From contig JANMAX010000136.1 in assembly GCA_031360075.1 (NCBI GenBank), positions 1 through 54,916 on the forward strand: a DNA stretch of 54,916 nucleotides, in the 5' to 3' direction. Positions 39,989 to 48,845 of the stretch are shown here, piece by piece; within the stretch, counting starts at the first letter, position 1, and each line of letters starts with the position of its first letter. The translations under genes were made by a program, and so were the position numbers. Below the pieces are notes generated by a model that made no database searches, was not told the DNA's origin, and worked only from the letters and a program-made list of their open reading frames with translations. Origin of the DNA: a bacterium. GTDB lineage: Bacteria > Eisenbacteria > RBG-16-71-46.

Positions 39989-40714
39989 TCATCGGCGGGC
40001 GGCCCAGTGCGCCGCGAGTGCCACCGAGGCGGTCTCTGTGCGGAGCCGGAGCGGAGCCAGTCCAACGGCGGCGAAGCCATGCGACGACAACAGATTGCGC
40101 TCGTTTTGAGAGAATCCGGACGAAGGCCCGACTGCACCTGTCACGGCTCCGTCAGCGGGCAGGTCGCAGCTCGCCACAGCAACTCCGTCGGGGTCAGCGA
40201 GCCAGCGTTGATCCCGTGCCGGCCCCGCAGGAAGGTCCGCTACCATTTGCGCCAGCGGGACGGGTAGCGCGAGTCGCATGAGCCAGGCGGAGCGGCTCTG
40301 TCGCAGCGCGGCGACCGCGAGCCGCTCCCAGCGGTCCAAGCGCACCGACGAGGGCCAGCTCACGCGCTCGGTATCGACGGGCTGGAAATCGGTGACCCCG
40401 AGTTCGCCCAACTTCTCGACCAGCCAATCCCCGCGCTCCCCCTCCGGCGCTCCACACCACAGGCAGCTCACGGGTGGCGGCGCCAGCCTGCGCACGTCGG
40501 TCACGGCCAATTGCACATCGGGCCGGGTGCACTCGACGACGAGCGTCGCCAACAGGCCGGCGCCATCGCTGGCGGTCAACCGTTCACCCTCACGCGCACG
40601 GACGACCTTCGCGACATAGCGCGCTGCATCGCCATCGAGCGTGAGGCGCGCACCGCGGAGGGCCAGGTCCGGCACGTACAGGAACGAGGGTGCGGCTTCA
40701 GCCGCCGAACGCAT
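39989..40714 (-). CDS. rsmE: 16S rRNA (uracil1498-N3)-methyltransferase RsmE-like
   Basis: N-terminal PUA-like FLYVPDL...[19 protein letters not shown] and C-terminal SPOUT knot [10 protein letters not shown]...LRTETA. It overlaps the dnaJ 3' end by 17 nt. Confidence 0.8.
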   Translation of the reverse strand: MRSAAEAAPSFLYVPDLALRGARLTLDGDAARYVAKVVRAREGERLTASDGAGLLATLVVECTRPDVQLAVTDVRRLAPPPVSCLWCGAPEGERGDWLVEKLGELGVTDFQPVDTERVSWPSSVRLDRWERLAVAALRQSRSAWLMRLALPVPLAQMVADLPAGPARDQRWLADPDGVAVASCDLPADGAVTGAVGPSSGFSQNERNLLSSHGFAAVGLAPLRLRTETASVALAAHWAARR

Positions 40715-41855
40715 CTCGCACCTTCTCGAACACCGAGCGGGATGGCTTCGGTGGTTTCAATGCCTCGGCGTTGCGCAGTTCCTCGAGCAGCTTCTTCTCG
40801 GGTCCCGCGAGTTTGGTCGGCACCCAGACGCGCAGCCGGACGTGGAGATCCCCGCGCCCGCCACGCAGCCCCGGCAAGCCCTTGCCCTTGAGCCGCAACG
40901 TGTGCCCGCTCGGCGTCCCTGCCGGGACGTCGACGTTCGCGGCGCCGCCCGCGAGCAGCGGGGTCTCGACCTTGCCACCCAACGCCAGCACCGCGAAGCT
41001 CACGGGCAGGTCGAGCGCCAGATGATCGCCATGGCGCTCGAACAGCTCGTGCTCGGCCTCCTCGATGAGCACCACGAGATCGCCGGCCGGTCCACCGCGC
41101 AAGCCCGCATCCCCGAGGCCGCGCAGCGGGATGTAGTTACCCGCAGCCACACCCGCCGGCACCTTGACGTTGACCGTGTCGCTCTCGCTGACACGGCCAT
41201 CGCCGCGGCAGGACTTGCACGGATTCGCGACGATGTTGCCCTCGCCCTCGCAGCGCGGGCAGGCCGAGACGTTGACGAACTGGCCGAACACGGTCTGCTG
41301 CACGCGCCGCACTTGACCGCGGCCCTGGCACTGGGAGCACACGCTCTCACCCGTCCCACCCCGGCCGCTGCACGTCTCACAACGTTTCAAGTGCTTGACC
41401 CGGATCTTCTTCTCGACGCCGCTCGCGATCTCCTCGAGCGTCAGCGGCAGACGGACCTGGAGATCGTCCCCGCGCGCCGGCCCGCGGCCACGGCCACCCC
41501 CGCCGCCGAACAGGTCCTCGATCGAACCGTCGCCGCCGAAGTCGCGCATGAACGCGCGCAGTGCATCGGACAGGTCGAAGCCCTGGAACCCGCCGCCGCC
41601 ATACCCGCCGGCGGCGGAGCCACCGCCCCCCGTCGTCGCGGCGTGGCCAAACTGGTCGTACCGCGCGCGCTGCTGCGCGTCACGCAGCACTTCATAGGCC
41701 TCGGTGGCCTCCTTGAACTTGGTCTCGGCCTCGGAATTGCCGGGATTGCGGTCGGGATGCCACTGCATGGCCACCTTGCGGTAGGCCTTCTTGATCTCGT
41801 CCTCGGTCGCGGTCTTACCGACGCCCAGGACCTCGTAGTAGTCGCGCTTGGCCAT
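40698..41855 (-). CDS. dnaJ: Molecular chaperone DnaJ
   Basis: J domain (DYYEVLGV...HPDRN), a G/F region, and four CxxCxGxG repeats. Confidence 0.95.
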   Translation of the reverse strand: MAKRDYYEVLGVGKTATEDEIKKAYRKVAMQWHPDRNPGNSEAETKFKEATEAYEVLRDAQQRARYDQFGHAATTGGGGSAAGGYGGGGFQGFDLSDALRAFMRDFGGDGSIEDLFGGGGGRGRGPARGDDLQVRLPLTLEEIASGVEKKIRVKHLKRCETCSGRGGTGESVCSQCQGRGQVRRVQQTVFGQFVNVSACPRCEGEGNIVANPCKSCRGDGRVSESDTVNVKVPAGVAAGNYIPLRGLGDAGLRGGPAGDLVVLIEEAEHELFERHGDHLALDLPVSFAVLALGGKVETPLLAGGAANVDVPAGTPSGHTLRLKGKGLPGLRGGRGDLHVRLRVWVPTKLAGPEKKLLEELRNAEALKPPKPSRSVFEKVRDAFGG

Positions 41856-41858
41856 CCG

Positions 41859-42515
41859 CTAGTGGTCCGCCCGCGCCACGACCACGCGGGCGGCGCGAAG
41901 TGCGCGATCGCCGCGGCGGTAGCCCTTGAGGACTTCCTGCGCCACACACCCCGGGGCGACACCCTCGGGAGCCGGCACCTCGAGCAGGGCGTCATGGAAC
42001 GCCGGGTCGAACGGCTGCCCGTGAGTGACGATGGTCGTGACGCCGCGGCGCGCGAGCGCGTCGCGCATGCGCTGTGCGGTGAGCGTCACGCCCTGCGTCC
42101 ACGGGTCTGCGGCCTGTTCGGGCGTCACCGCAGCCAGCGCACGCTCGACGTCGTCGAGCAGTTCGATCAAGTCCAGCAGGATGCGGTCCTCGGCGGCACG
42201 CACCCCGTCCTCGCGGTCGCGCTGTGCGCGCCGGCGGAAATTCTGGAGCTCGGCCTCGGTGCGCAGCCACTTGTCCTTGTAGTCGGGCGCCTCCGGCGCC
42301 TCGGGCCCCTCCGGCGCCCGGGCGCCTTCGGCGGCGCCGGGTGCGGACGGAGCGGCACCAAGCTCATCGGCGCGGGCGGTCTCGGCGGCGAAGGCCTCGA
42401 CGGTCTCACTGGTTCCAGATGGGGACGCGGTCGGACTGTCGTCCAGCACTTGCTTGTCGTTGCGATCGGCGCGGCTCACGGGCTCGCGGGCGGCGTCGCG
42501 GATGTCTTCAGTCAT
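41859..42515 (-). CDS. grpE: Nucleotide exchange factor GrpE
   Basis: The Glu/Ala-rich N-terminus, DKWLRTEAELQNFRRRAQRD and the C-terminal ...VLKGYRRGDRALRAARVVV are typical GrpE. ATG 42515 has GAAGGA 8 nt upstream, whereas ATG 42524 sits directly on the SD. The track ORF (to 42902) is overextended. Confidence 0.9.
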   Translation of the reverse strand: MTEDIRDAAREPVSRADRNDKQVLDDSPTASPSGTSETVEAFAAETARADELGAAPSAPGAAEGARAPEGPEAPEAPDYKDKWLRTEAELQNFRRRAQRDREDGVRAAEDRILLDLIELLDDVERALAAVTPEQAADPWTQGVTLTAQRMRDALARRGVTTIVTHGQPFDPAFHDALLEVPAPEGVAPGCVAQEVLKGYRRGDRALRAARVVVARADH

Positions 42516-42556
42516 GTTCGTCATCCTTCGGAGAAGTCGGCTGCGCCAGGACGGCG

Positions 42557-43603
42557 TCACGCCGTGAGCAGGTCGGAGACGCGCGTGCCGACCAGGTCCA
42601 CCAGCGCGATCGTGGTGGCGTAGTCCATGCGCATCGGCCCCAGCACACCCACCGCGCCGGGCACCGCGCCGGGCAGCGGGTAGCTGACCAGACTGAGCGA
42701 ACCGAGCGGATGCACCGGGCCGACGCCGACCTGGACGCCGGCATGACCCTGCGGGCCACTCACCATCAGACGCTCGAAAGCGCTCCCGGATTCGAGCGCA
42801 CGCAGCACCGGGCCCAACTGGGCGGCGTCCGCGAACTCCGGCTGGCCCACCATGTGCGAGACGCCGGCGGTCAGCAGCGGGGTCTCGACCGAACGTCCCC
42901 AACTGGCCGTTGCCGCACGCGCCACGATGCGCACCGCGGAGTGCCGGGCGAGCGCCGGGTCCGAGGCCAGTCGCGTGCGCGCCGAACCGAGCGAGCCGCC
43001 GAGCAGGCGCTCACGCAGCACCTCGGTGACCTCCCTCAGGTCACTTGGAGCGAGCGGGGTGTCGAGTTCGAGCACCAGCGTGCGCGAGCGCAGGCCGGCC
43101 AGCCCCAGCACGAGCATGACGCGGCGCTCGGCGAGCGGCTCCAAGTCGAGTGATGCGAGCGGTTCGCCATCGAGCGAAGCGGCGAGCGCCAGTCCGAGCT
43201 GGTGCGAGAACGACGCCAACAAGCGCGAGGCCTCCTGGAGCAGGCGCTCGACATCGTGACGCGACTGCGACAGGCGCTCGGCGATGGCATCCTCGATCTC
43301 GGCCGGCAGGTTCGCCGGCTGGATCACCGCCCGGACGAAGTACGCCCAGCCGGCCGCACTCGGCACCCGGCCCGCCGCGGCGTGCGCGCGTTCGAGCAGC
43401 CCCATGGCCTCGAGCTCGGCGAGCGTGCCGCGCAGACTGGCGCCCGACTGGCGGACGTCCGCCGCGCGCGCCAGACGCTCGGAGCTCACCGGGCGGGCAT
43501 CGCGCCGGTGCAACGCCACGAGCCGCGCGAACACGCGCCGCTGGCGATCGGTCAGATCGGGGTCGGCGGCGGACAGCCGCCCGGGGATCACGGAAGAGGA
43601 CAT
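42557..43603 (-). CDS. hrcA: Heat-inducible transcription repressor HrcA
   Basis: N-terminal winged-helix LTDRQRRVFARLVALHRRDARPVSSERLA..., 348 aa from ATG 43603. The track ORF (to 43891) is overextended. Confidence 0.9.
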   Translation of the reverse strand: MSSSVIPGRLSAADPDLTDRQRRVFARLVALHRRDARPVSSERLARAADVRQSGASLRGTLAELEAMGLLERAHAAAGRVPSAAGWAYFVRAVIQPANLPAEIEDAIAERLSQSRHDVERLLQEASRLLASFSHQLGLALAASLDGEPLASLDLEPLAERRVMLVLGLAGLRSRTLVLELDTPLAPSDLREVTEVLRERLLGGSLGSARTRLASDPALARHSAVRIVARAATASWGRSVETPLLTAGVSHMVGQPEFADAAQLGPVLRALESGSAFERLMVSGPQGHAGVQVGVGPVHPLGSLSLVSYPLPGAVPGAVGVLGPMRMDYATTIALVDLVGTRVSDLLTA

Positions 43604-43727
43604 GGCGAGGAATTCACGCACGCGAGGCGGGGGAAAGTCAAACCGGCGCGGTTCCCTACCGGGCCCGAGCGCGCAGCAGGCGCGGCACTCACCGGCCGGC
43701 GCCCGCAGCCTCCGAGCACGCGATCGC

Positions 43728-44387
43728 TCAATGGATGAGGCGGAACAACCGCTCCCAACGGATGTAGAACGGCATGTCCCACCAGTGCTTGGACGCGGTC
43801 GAGAAGTACAGGAACAGCGCACGACCCTTGACATAGTCCATGGGCACGAAACCCCAGAACCGGCCATCGAGCGAGTTCTCGCGATTGTCACCCATCATGA
43901 ACAACATGTCGGGCGGCACCGTCTGCAGCGTGCGATTGTCGCGCGGAGAACGGCTGGCCGGCTCCTCACTCGCATCGGTATGTCGCACGTAGGGCTCGAC
44001 GAGTTCCTTGCCGTCGACCAGCACCTTCTTGTGCCGGATCTCGACCGTCTGCCCCCCCGTCGCCATGCAACGCTTGATGAAGTCGGTCGACGGATCGAGC
44101 GGGTACTGGAAGACGATGATGTCCCCCGTCCTCGGCTTGCGGAAGCCCGGGAAGCGGACATGCGTGAACGGCAGCTTGGCGCCGTAATCGAGCTTGGTGA
44201 CGAACAGGAAATCGCCGACCAGCAGCGTATCGCGCATGGACTCGGACGGGATCCGGAACGCCTGGATCAGGAACACGCGCACGACCAGCATGAGCACGAC
44301 CGCCCATGCCAGGGACTCAACGTTCTCGCGGAACGCGGAGCCCGATGGCGTGGCGGGCTTGGACGAACTCCTGGACGAACGGCTCAC
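43728..44387 (-). CDS. lepB: Signal peptidase I (paralog 2)
   Basis: IQAFRIPSESMRDTLLVGDFLFV (Ser box), DFIKRCMATGGQ (Lys box), and MGDNRENSLDGRFWGFVP. GTG 44387 overlaps the hemW stop (GTGA) and has GGAGG 7 nt upstream. Confidence 0.85.
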   Translation of the reverse strand: MSRSSRSSSKPATPSGSAFRENVESLAWAVVLMLVVRVFLIQAFRIPSESMRDTLLVGDFLFVTKLDYGAKLPFTHVRFPGFRKPRTGDIIVFQYPLDPSTDFIKRCMATGGQTVEIRHKKVLVDGKELVEPYVRHTDASEEPASRSPRDNRTLQTVPPDMLFMMGDNRENSLDGRFWGFVPMDYVKGRALFLYFSTASKHWWDMPFYIRWERLFRLIH

Positions 44388-45598
44388 GCAGCAACCTCCA
44401 CGGGTTCGAGCGGGCGCGCCCGGACGGCGAGCCACGCGATGGTGTCGTCGGCCACAAAGCGCTGCGTGGCGGGAATGCGATAGCGGCCGGCCAGGGCTTC
44501 GAGCCGCCCGGCGTGCACCGCGGCGCTCAAGGCCGCGCCGTAACGGGATTCGAGCGCACCGCCCTCCGCGACGGACAGGTCCCGCAGATCGAGGCCGGAG
44601 GCAAGCCGTAACGCCAGCATGACGGTCTCATCGGCACGCGACACCGCCGTCTCCGTCTCACGCTCGACCGCGGGGTCTTCCCCGCGCTCCAGCCGTGCCG
44701 CCCAGTCTCCGAGGGAGCGTGCATTGGCGTAGCGCTCGCCCTGCCACAGCCCATGCGACGACGGCCCGAGCGACAAGTAGTCGCGCCGCAACCAGTACGT
44801 CAGGTTATGACGGCTCTCGGCATCGGGCCTGGACCAGTTGGAGGTCTCGTAGGGCGCAAGTCCGGCACGCCTGAAGCGTGCATCCGCTTGGGCGTGCAGT
44901 TCAGCTTCGAGTTCTGGGGGCACCATGGCGGCGATACCGCCCAGGATGGCATCGCCAAGCGGCGTGCCGTCCTCGGGGATGAATCCGTAGGCCGAGATGT
45001 GCTCGGGCTCGAGCGCCAGCGCGGCATCCAGTGTGCGCGCCCAGTTCGCGGCGTTGTGCGCGGGATAGCCGAACATGAGGTCGAGCGACAGGCGGCGAAA
45101 GCCGTGCGCGCGCGCCAACGCGAACGCCTCGCCCGGCCGGTGCTCGTCGTGCAGGCGGCCCAGCGCGGTGAGTTCCTCCGGGACGAACGACTGGGCGCCC
45201 ATCGACAGCCGATTGACGCCTGCCGCGGCCCAGGCGTCGAGCAGGCCTGGTTTCACGGTCTCGGGATTGGCTTCCAGCGTGATCTCGGCGCCGCTGGCGA
45301 GGTCGAAGTGCTCGCGCAAGGTCTGCCACAGCCGCGCGAAATGGCGCGGCGAGATCGCCGATGGCGTGCCGCCGCCGAAGAAGACCGACGTGAAACGCTG
45401 GCCGGAGGCGAGCGGTGCGCGCCGCGCCGCCTCGAGCGCCATGCCGGCCAGATAACGCTCGACCGCCGCGCTCGACAAATGCTCCTTCGAGAAGTGGCAG
45501 TAAGGGCAGGGTGCGGCGCAGAACGGCACATGCACGTAGAGCGCGAGCTGCGCCTCGGAGCGCGCGCGCAGCCCCGGACCGTCGGGCGGCGAAGTCAT
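44384..45598 (-). CDS. hemW: Radical SAM family heme chaperone HemW (HemN-like)
   Basis: LYVHVPFCAAPCPYCHF (CxxxCxxC) and a HemN_C-like C-terminus. ATG 45598 shares 1 nt with the stop of the upstream lepB (TGATG). The track fuses it to an out-of-frame read through lepB. Confidence 0.85.
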   Translation of the reverse strand: MTSPPDGPGLRARSEAQLALYVHVPFCAAPCPYCHFSKEHLSSAAVERYLAGMALEAARRAPLASGQRFTSVFFGGGTPSAISPRHFARLWQTLREHFDLASGAEITLEANPETVKPGLLDAWAAAGVNRLSMGAQSFVPEELTALGRLHDEHRPGEAFALARAHGFRRLSLDLMFGYPAHNAANWARTLDAALALEPEHISAYGFIPEDGTPLGDAILGGIAAMVPPELEAELHAQADARFRRAGLAPYETSNWSRPDAESRHNLTYWLRRDYLSLGPSSHGLWQGERYANARSLGDWAARLERGEDPAVERETETAVSRADETVMLALRLASGLDLRDLSVAEGGALESRYGAALSAAVHAGRLEALAGRYRIPATQRFVADDTIAWLAVRARPLEPVEVAA

Positions 45599-46233
45599 CA
45601 ACGGATGACCTTGAACAGGCGGTCGAACCGGATGTGAAACAGGCCGTCCCACCACTGCTGCCCTGCGGTCGAGAAGTAGATGAACAACGCACGGCCCTTG
45701 ACCAATTCGATCGGCACCGTGCCCCAGAATCGCGAGTCGTTCGAGTTGTCGCGATTGTCTCCCATCATGAACAGTTCGCCCGGCGCGACCGTGGGCGGCG
45801 CGTAGTTGTCGCGCGGCGTGTAGCCGGCCGGCTCCTCGCTCCAATTGTCGTGTTTGATGTAGGGCTCCACCGCCTTCACGCCGTCGACGTAGAGATCCTT
45901 GTGCTTGACCTCGACCGTCTGCCCGCCGGTGGCGACGCAGCGTTTGATGAAGTCCTTGGACGGATCGGTGGGCCACTGGAACACGATGACCTCGCCGCGC
46001 CGCGGAGCGTGCAGTCCGGGCAGGCGGATCCGCGTGAACGGGATCCGGGGCCCGTACTCGAGCTTGTTCACGAACAGGTAGTCGCCCACCAGCAAAGTGT
46101 TGCACATGGATTCCGACGGAATGCGGAACGCCTGGATGACGAATGTGCGTAGCACGAGCGTGATGAGCACCGCCCAGACGATCGCCTCGATGTAGTCACG
46201 GGCGGTGGAACGCGGGGCACCGATCGACGACAT
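45598..46233 (-). CDS. lepB: Signal peptidase I (paralog 1)
   Basis: IQAFRIPSESMCNTLLVGDYLFV, DFIKRCVATGGQ, and MGDNRDNSNDSRFWGTVP. ATG 46233 is preceded by AGGAGA. Confidence 0.9.
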   Translation of the reverse strand: MSSIGAPRSTARDYIEAIVWAVLITLVLRTFVIQAFRIPSESMCNTLLVGDYLFVNKLEYGPRIPFTRIRLPGLHAPRRGEVIVFQWPTDPSKDFIKRCVATGGQTVEVKHKDLYVDGVKAVEPYIKHDNWSEEPAGYTPRDNYAPPTVAPGELFMMGDNRDNSNDSRFWGTVPIELVKGRALFIYFSTAGQQWWDGLFHIRFDRLFKVIR

Positions 46234-46300
46234 GATTCTCCTTGGCGCGGCGTCCGCCGCGGCCTACCCACTGCGAGCAACGCGGTCCACCTGCCGCGAG

Positions 46301-48118
46301 CTACCCGCGGTCCACTTTCAGCACCGCCAGGAAGGCTTCCTGCGGAACCTCGACGGTACCCACCTGCTTCATACGACGCTTCCCTTCCTTCTGTTTCTCG
46401 AGCAGCTTCCGCTTGCGCGAGATGTCACCACCGTAACATTTGGCGATGACGTTCTTGCGCAGCGCGCCGATGGTCTCACGAGCGATGATCTTGCCGTTGA
46501 TCGAGGCCTGGATCGCGACCTGGAACATCTGGCGCGGGATCAGCTCTTTGAGCTTCTCGCACAGCGAGCTGCCGTACTGGTAAGCCTTGTCGCGGTGCAC
46601 GATGGCCGATAGCGCATCGACGACTTCGCCGTTCAGCATGATGTCGAGCTTCACCACTTCGGCTTCCTGATAACCCGAGAACTCGTAGTCGAGCGATGCG
46701 TACCCCCGCGACACGCTCTTCAGGCGATCGTAGAAGTCGAGCACGATCTCGCCGAGCGGCAGCCGGTAGGCAACGCGCACACGCTTCTCCTCCAGATGCA
46801 CCATGTCCTGGAACAGACCGCGGCGGTCCTGGCACAGCTTCATGATGCTGCCGAGGTAATCGGTCGGCGTCACGACGTGCGCCAGCACCATGGGCTCCTC
46901 GATGGCCTCGATGTTCTGCACCGGTGGCATCGCGCTCGGATTGTCGACCTTGAGCAACTCACCGTCCGTCTGCAGCACGTGATACATCACGCTCGGCGTG
47001 GTCGCGATGAGGTCGATGTTGAACTCGCGGCGCAGGCGCTCCTGGATGATCTCCAGGTGCAGGAGCCCGAGGAAGCCCGAACGGAAACCGAAGCCGAGCG
47101 CCACCGAGGTCTCCGGCTCGTAGTCGAGCGAGGCATCGTTCAGGCGCAGCTTCGCGAGCGCTTCCTTGAGGTCCTCGTACTGCTCGGAGTCGATCGGGTA
47201 AAGCCCCGAGAACACCATCGACTTGGTCTCGCGGAAGCCCGGCAAGTGCTGGACCGCGTGCGCCTGACCGGCGAGCGCGAGCGTATCGCCGACGCGCGCG
47301 TCGGCCACCGTCTTGATGCCGGCGACGACGTAGCCGACCTGTCCCGCTCTGAGCGCCGGTTCGGGCGACAGCTTGAGCCGCAGCTTGCCGACCTCGGTCA
47401 CCTCGTGCACGGTGCCGGTGCTCACGAACTGCACCTTGTCCCCTGCCTTGAGCGTGCCGTCGACGACCCGCACCAGACAGACGACGCCGCGATACTGGTC
47501 GAACTTGGAGTCGAAGATGAGTGCACGAAACGGTCCGTCCGGGTCACCCGTCGGCGGCGGGACATCCAGGATGACGCGTTCGAGCAGTTCCGCCACACCG
47601 ATACCGGTTTTCGCGCTGATCCGGCAGACGTTCTCGGCCGGGATGCCGGCGACGTGCTCGACCTCGAGCGCGATGTCGTCCGGACGCGCGGCGGGCAGGT
47701 CGATCTTGTTGATCGCCCCGACGATGGTGAGCTTCTGGTCCTTGGCGAGGAAGTAGTTGCTGAGCGTCTGCGCCTCGATGCCCTGGGACGCGTCGACCAC
47801 CAGGATCGCACCCTCGCAGGCGGCCAGCGCGCGCGACACCTCGTACGTGAAGTCGACGTGCCCGGGCGTGTCGATGAGGTTCAACTCGTACAACTTGCCA
47901 TCGAGCAGGGACTTGTACTCCATCGCGATGGCGTGCGACTTGATCGTGATGCCCTTCTCGCGCTCCAGATCCATGTCGTCCAGCACCTGCGCCTTCATCT
48001 GCTGCGGCGTCAGCGTGTGCGTGATCTCGAGCAGCCGGTCCGCCAGCGTGCTCTTGCCATGGTCGATGTGCGCGACGATGCAGAAGTTACGGATGTTCTG
48101 GAGCCTGGGATCGCTCAA
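46301..48118 (-). CDS. lepA: Elongation factor 4 (LepA)
   Basis: [23 protein letters not shown]-domain starts 8 residues after an in-frame TTG at 48118 that overlaps the upstream stop (TTGA). The C-terminal LepA-specific domain is present (...[22 protein letters not shown]). The track ORF (to 48292) adds 58 Arg/Pro-rich residues. Confidence 0.95.
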   Translation of the reverse strand: MSDPRLQNIRNFCIVAHIDHGKSTLADRLLEITHTLTPQQMKAQVLDDMDLEREKGITIKSHAIAMEYKSLLDGKLYELNLIDTPGHVDFTYEVSRALAACEGAILVVDASQGIEAQTLSNYFLAKDQKLTIVGAINKIDLPAARPDDIALEVEHVAGIPAENVCRISAKTGIGVAELLERVILDVPPPTGDPDGPFRALIFDSKFDQYRGVVCLVRVVDGTLKAGDKVQFVSTGTVHEVTEVGKLRLKLSPEPALRAGQVGYVVAGIKTVADARVGDTLALAGQAHAVQHLPGFRETKSMVFSGLYPIDSEQYEDLKEALAKLRLNDASLDYEPETSVALGFGFRSGFLGLLHLEIIQERLRREFNIDLIATTPSVMYHVLQTDGELLKVDNPSAMPPVQNIEAIEEPMVLAHVVTPTDYLGSIMKLCQDRRGLFQDMVHLEEKRVRVAYRLPLGEIVLDFYDRLKSVSRGYASLDYEFSGYQEAEVVKLDIMLNGEVVDALSAIVHRDKAYQYGSSLCEKLKELIPRQMFQVAIQASINGKIIARETIGALRKNVIAKCYGGDISRKRKLLEKQKEGKRRMKQVGTVEVPQEAFLAVLKVDRG

Positions 48119-48699
48119 AAGTGCCGCCGCAGGAGGAGGCGCACGCCGAACCGGTCGCTGTTGCCCGCGGGTACGGGCGGAGCGCCGGCCGGCAGGGCCG
48201 GGTCGTTCTGGAATTCGACATCGAAACCGCGAAAATTCGCATCCACATAGGCGTCGATCAACGCGTAGGCCAGCGCAGCGCCGAACCACCACTGCCGTCC
48301 GAGCCGCTGCTCGAGCCGGGCATTGTACTCGTTCACGAGCTGGGCCTCACGCGACTGCTCGGACCCGGCGCGGGCGGCGTCCAGTTCACGCAGCAGACGG
48401 TCGAGTTCACGCTGGTCGCGGACGATCCTGGTGCCGAGGTAGCCTTCCCCACCGGCCACCAGTACGGCCTTGAACCAAGCCCGGTTGTGGAGCTGTCCCC
48501 AGCCCGGGATGAGCAGCGAGCGCAGCATGACGACGCGCGGTTGTTCGTGCCATGGCTGCTTGCGCGCCGTGTCCGCGCGCGCCGGGACTGGGCTCGCTGC
48601 CGGACCGCCGACCACGTCGACTCGCGGCACCGCGCGCGCACTGTCGCCCGCCGCCTGGGCGTGCGCCACGGGCACGCAGGCCGCCGCGAGTAGCAGCAC
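48115..48699 (-). CDS. DUF5683-like small membrane/periplasmic protein
   Basis: [30 protein letters not shown] core motif. Any start must lie downstream of tRNA-Sec (48733). In-frame GTG 48699 would give a short hydrophobic leader (M)[15 protein letters not shown]. The start is uncertain. Confidence 0.6.
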   Translation of the reverse strand: MLLLAAACVPVAHAQAAGDSARAVPRVDVVGGPAASPVPARADTARKQPWHEQPRVVMLRSLLIPGWGQLHNRAWFKAVLVAGGEGYLGTRIVRDQRELDRLLRELDAARAGSEQSREAQLVNEYNARLEQRLGRQWWFGAALAYALIDAYVDANFRGFDVEFQNDPALPAGAPPVPAGNSDRFGVRLLLRRHF

Positions 48700-48732
48700 C
48701 GCGAGGGCGAACGCCCCGCGCGGCGGGAAGCA

Positions 48733-48830
48733 TGGCGGGAACGCGTGGGAATCGAACCCACCTCGGACACCGAAGGCGCCCGACACAAGGATTTGAAGTC
48801 CCCGGGGACCACCAGATCCCATTCGCTCCC
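48733..48830 (-). tRNA. selC: tRNA-Sec (anticodon UCA), CCA encoded
   Basis: Minus strand GGGAGCGAAUGGGAUCUGGUGGUCCCCGGGGACUUCAAAUCCUUGUGUCGGGCGCCUUCGGUGUCCGAGGUGGGUUCGAUUCCCACGCGUUCCCGCCA. The anticodon loop CUUCAAA is identical to E. coli selC. It has a 6-bp D stem (GGGAUC/GGUCCC) with a 4-nt loop, a long 8-9 bp variable arm, a 5-bp T stem, and is about 98 nt long. Confidence 0.85.
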
Positions 48831-48845
48831 GCAGCACATCGTGTC

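Noticed and set aside
43604-43727. A CIRCE operator upstream of hrcA. GGCACTC...GAGCACGC caught my eye.
   Set aside because: The half-sites do not match TTAGCACTC/GAGTGCTAA, are about 23 nt apart instead of 9, and are not an inverted repeat.
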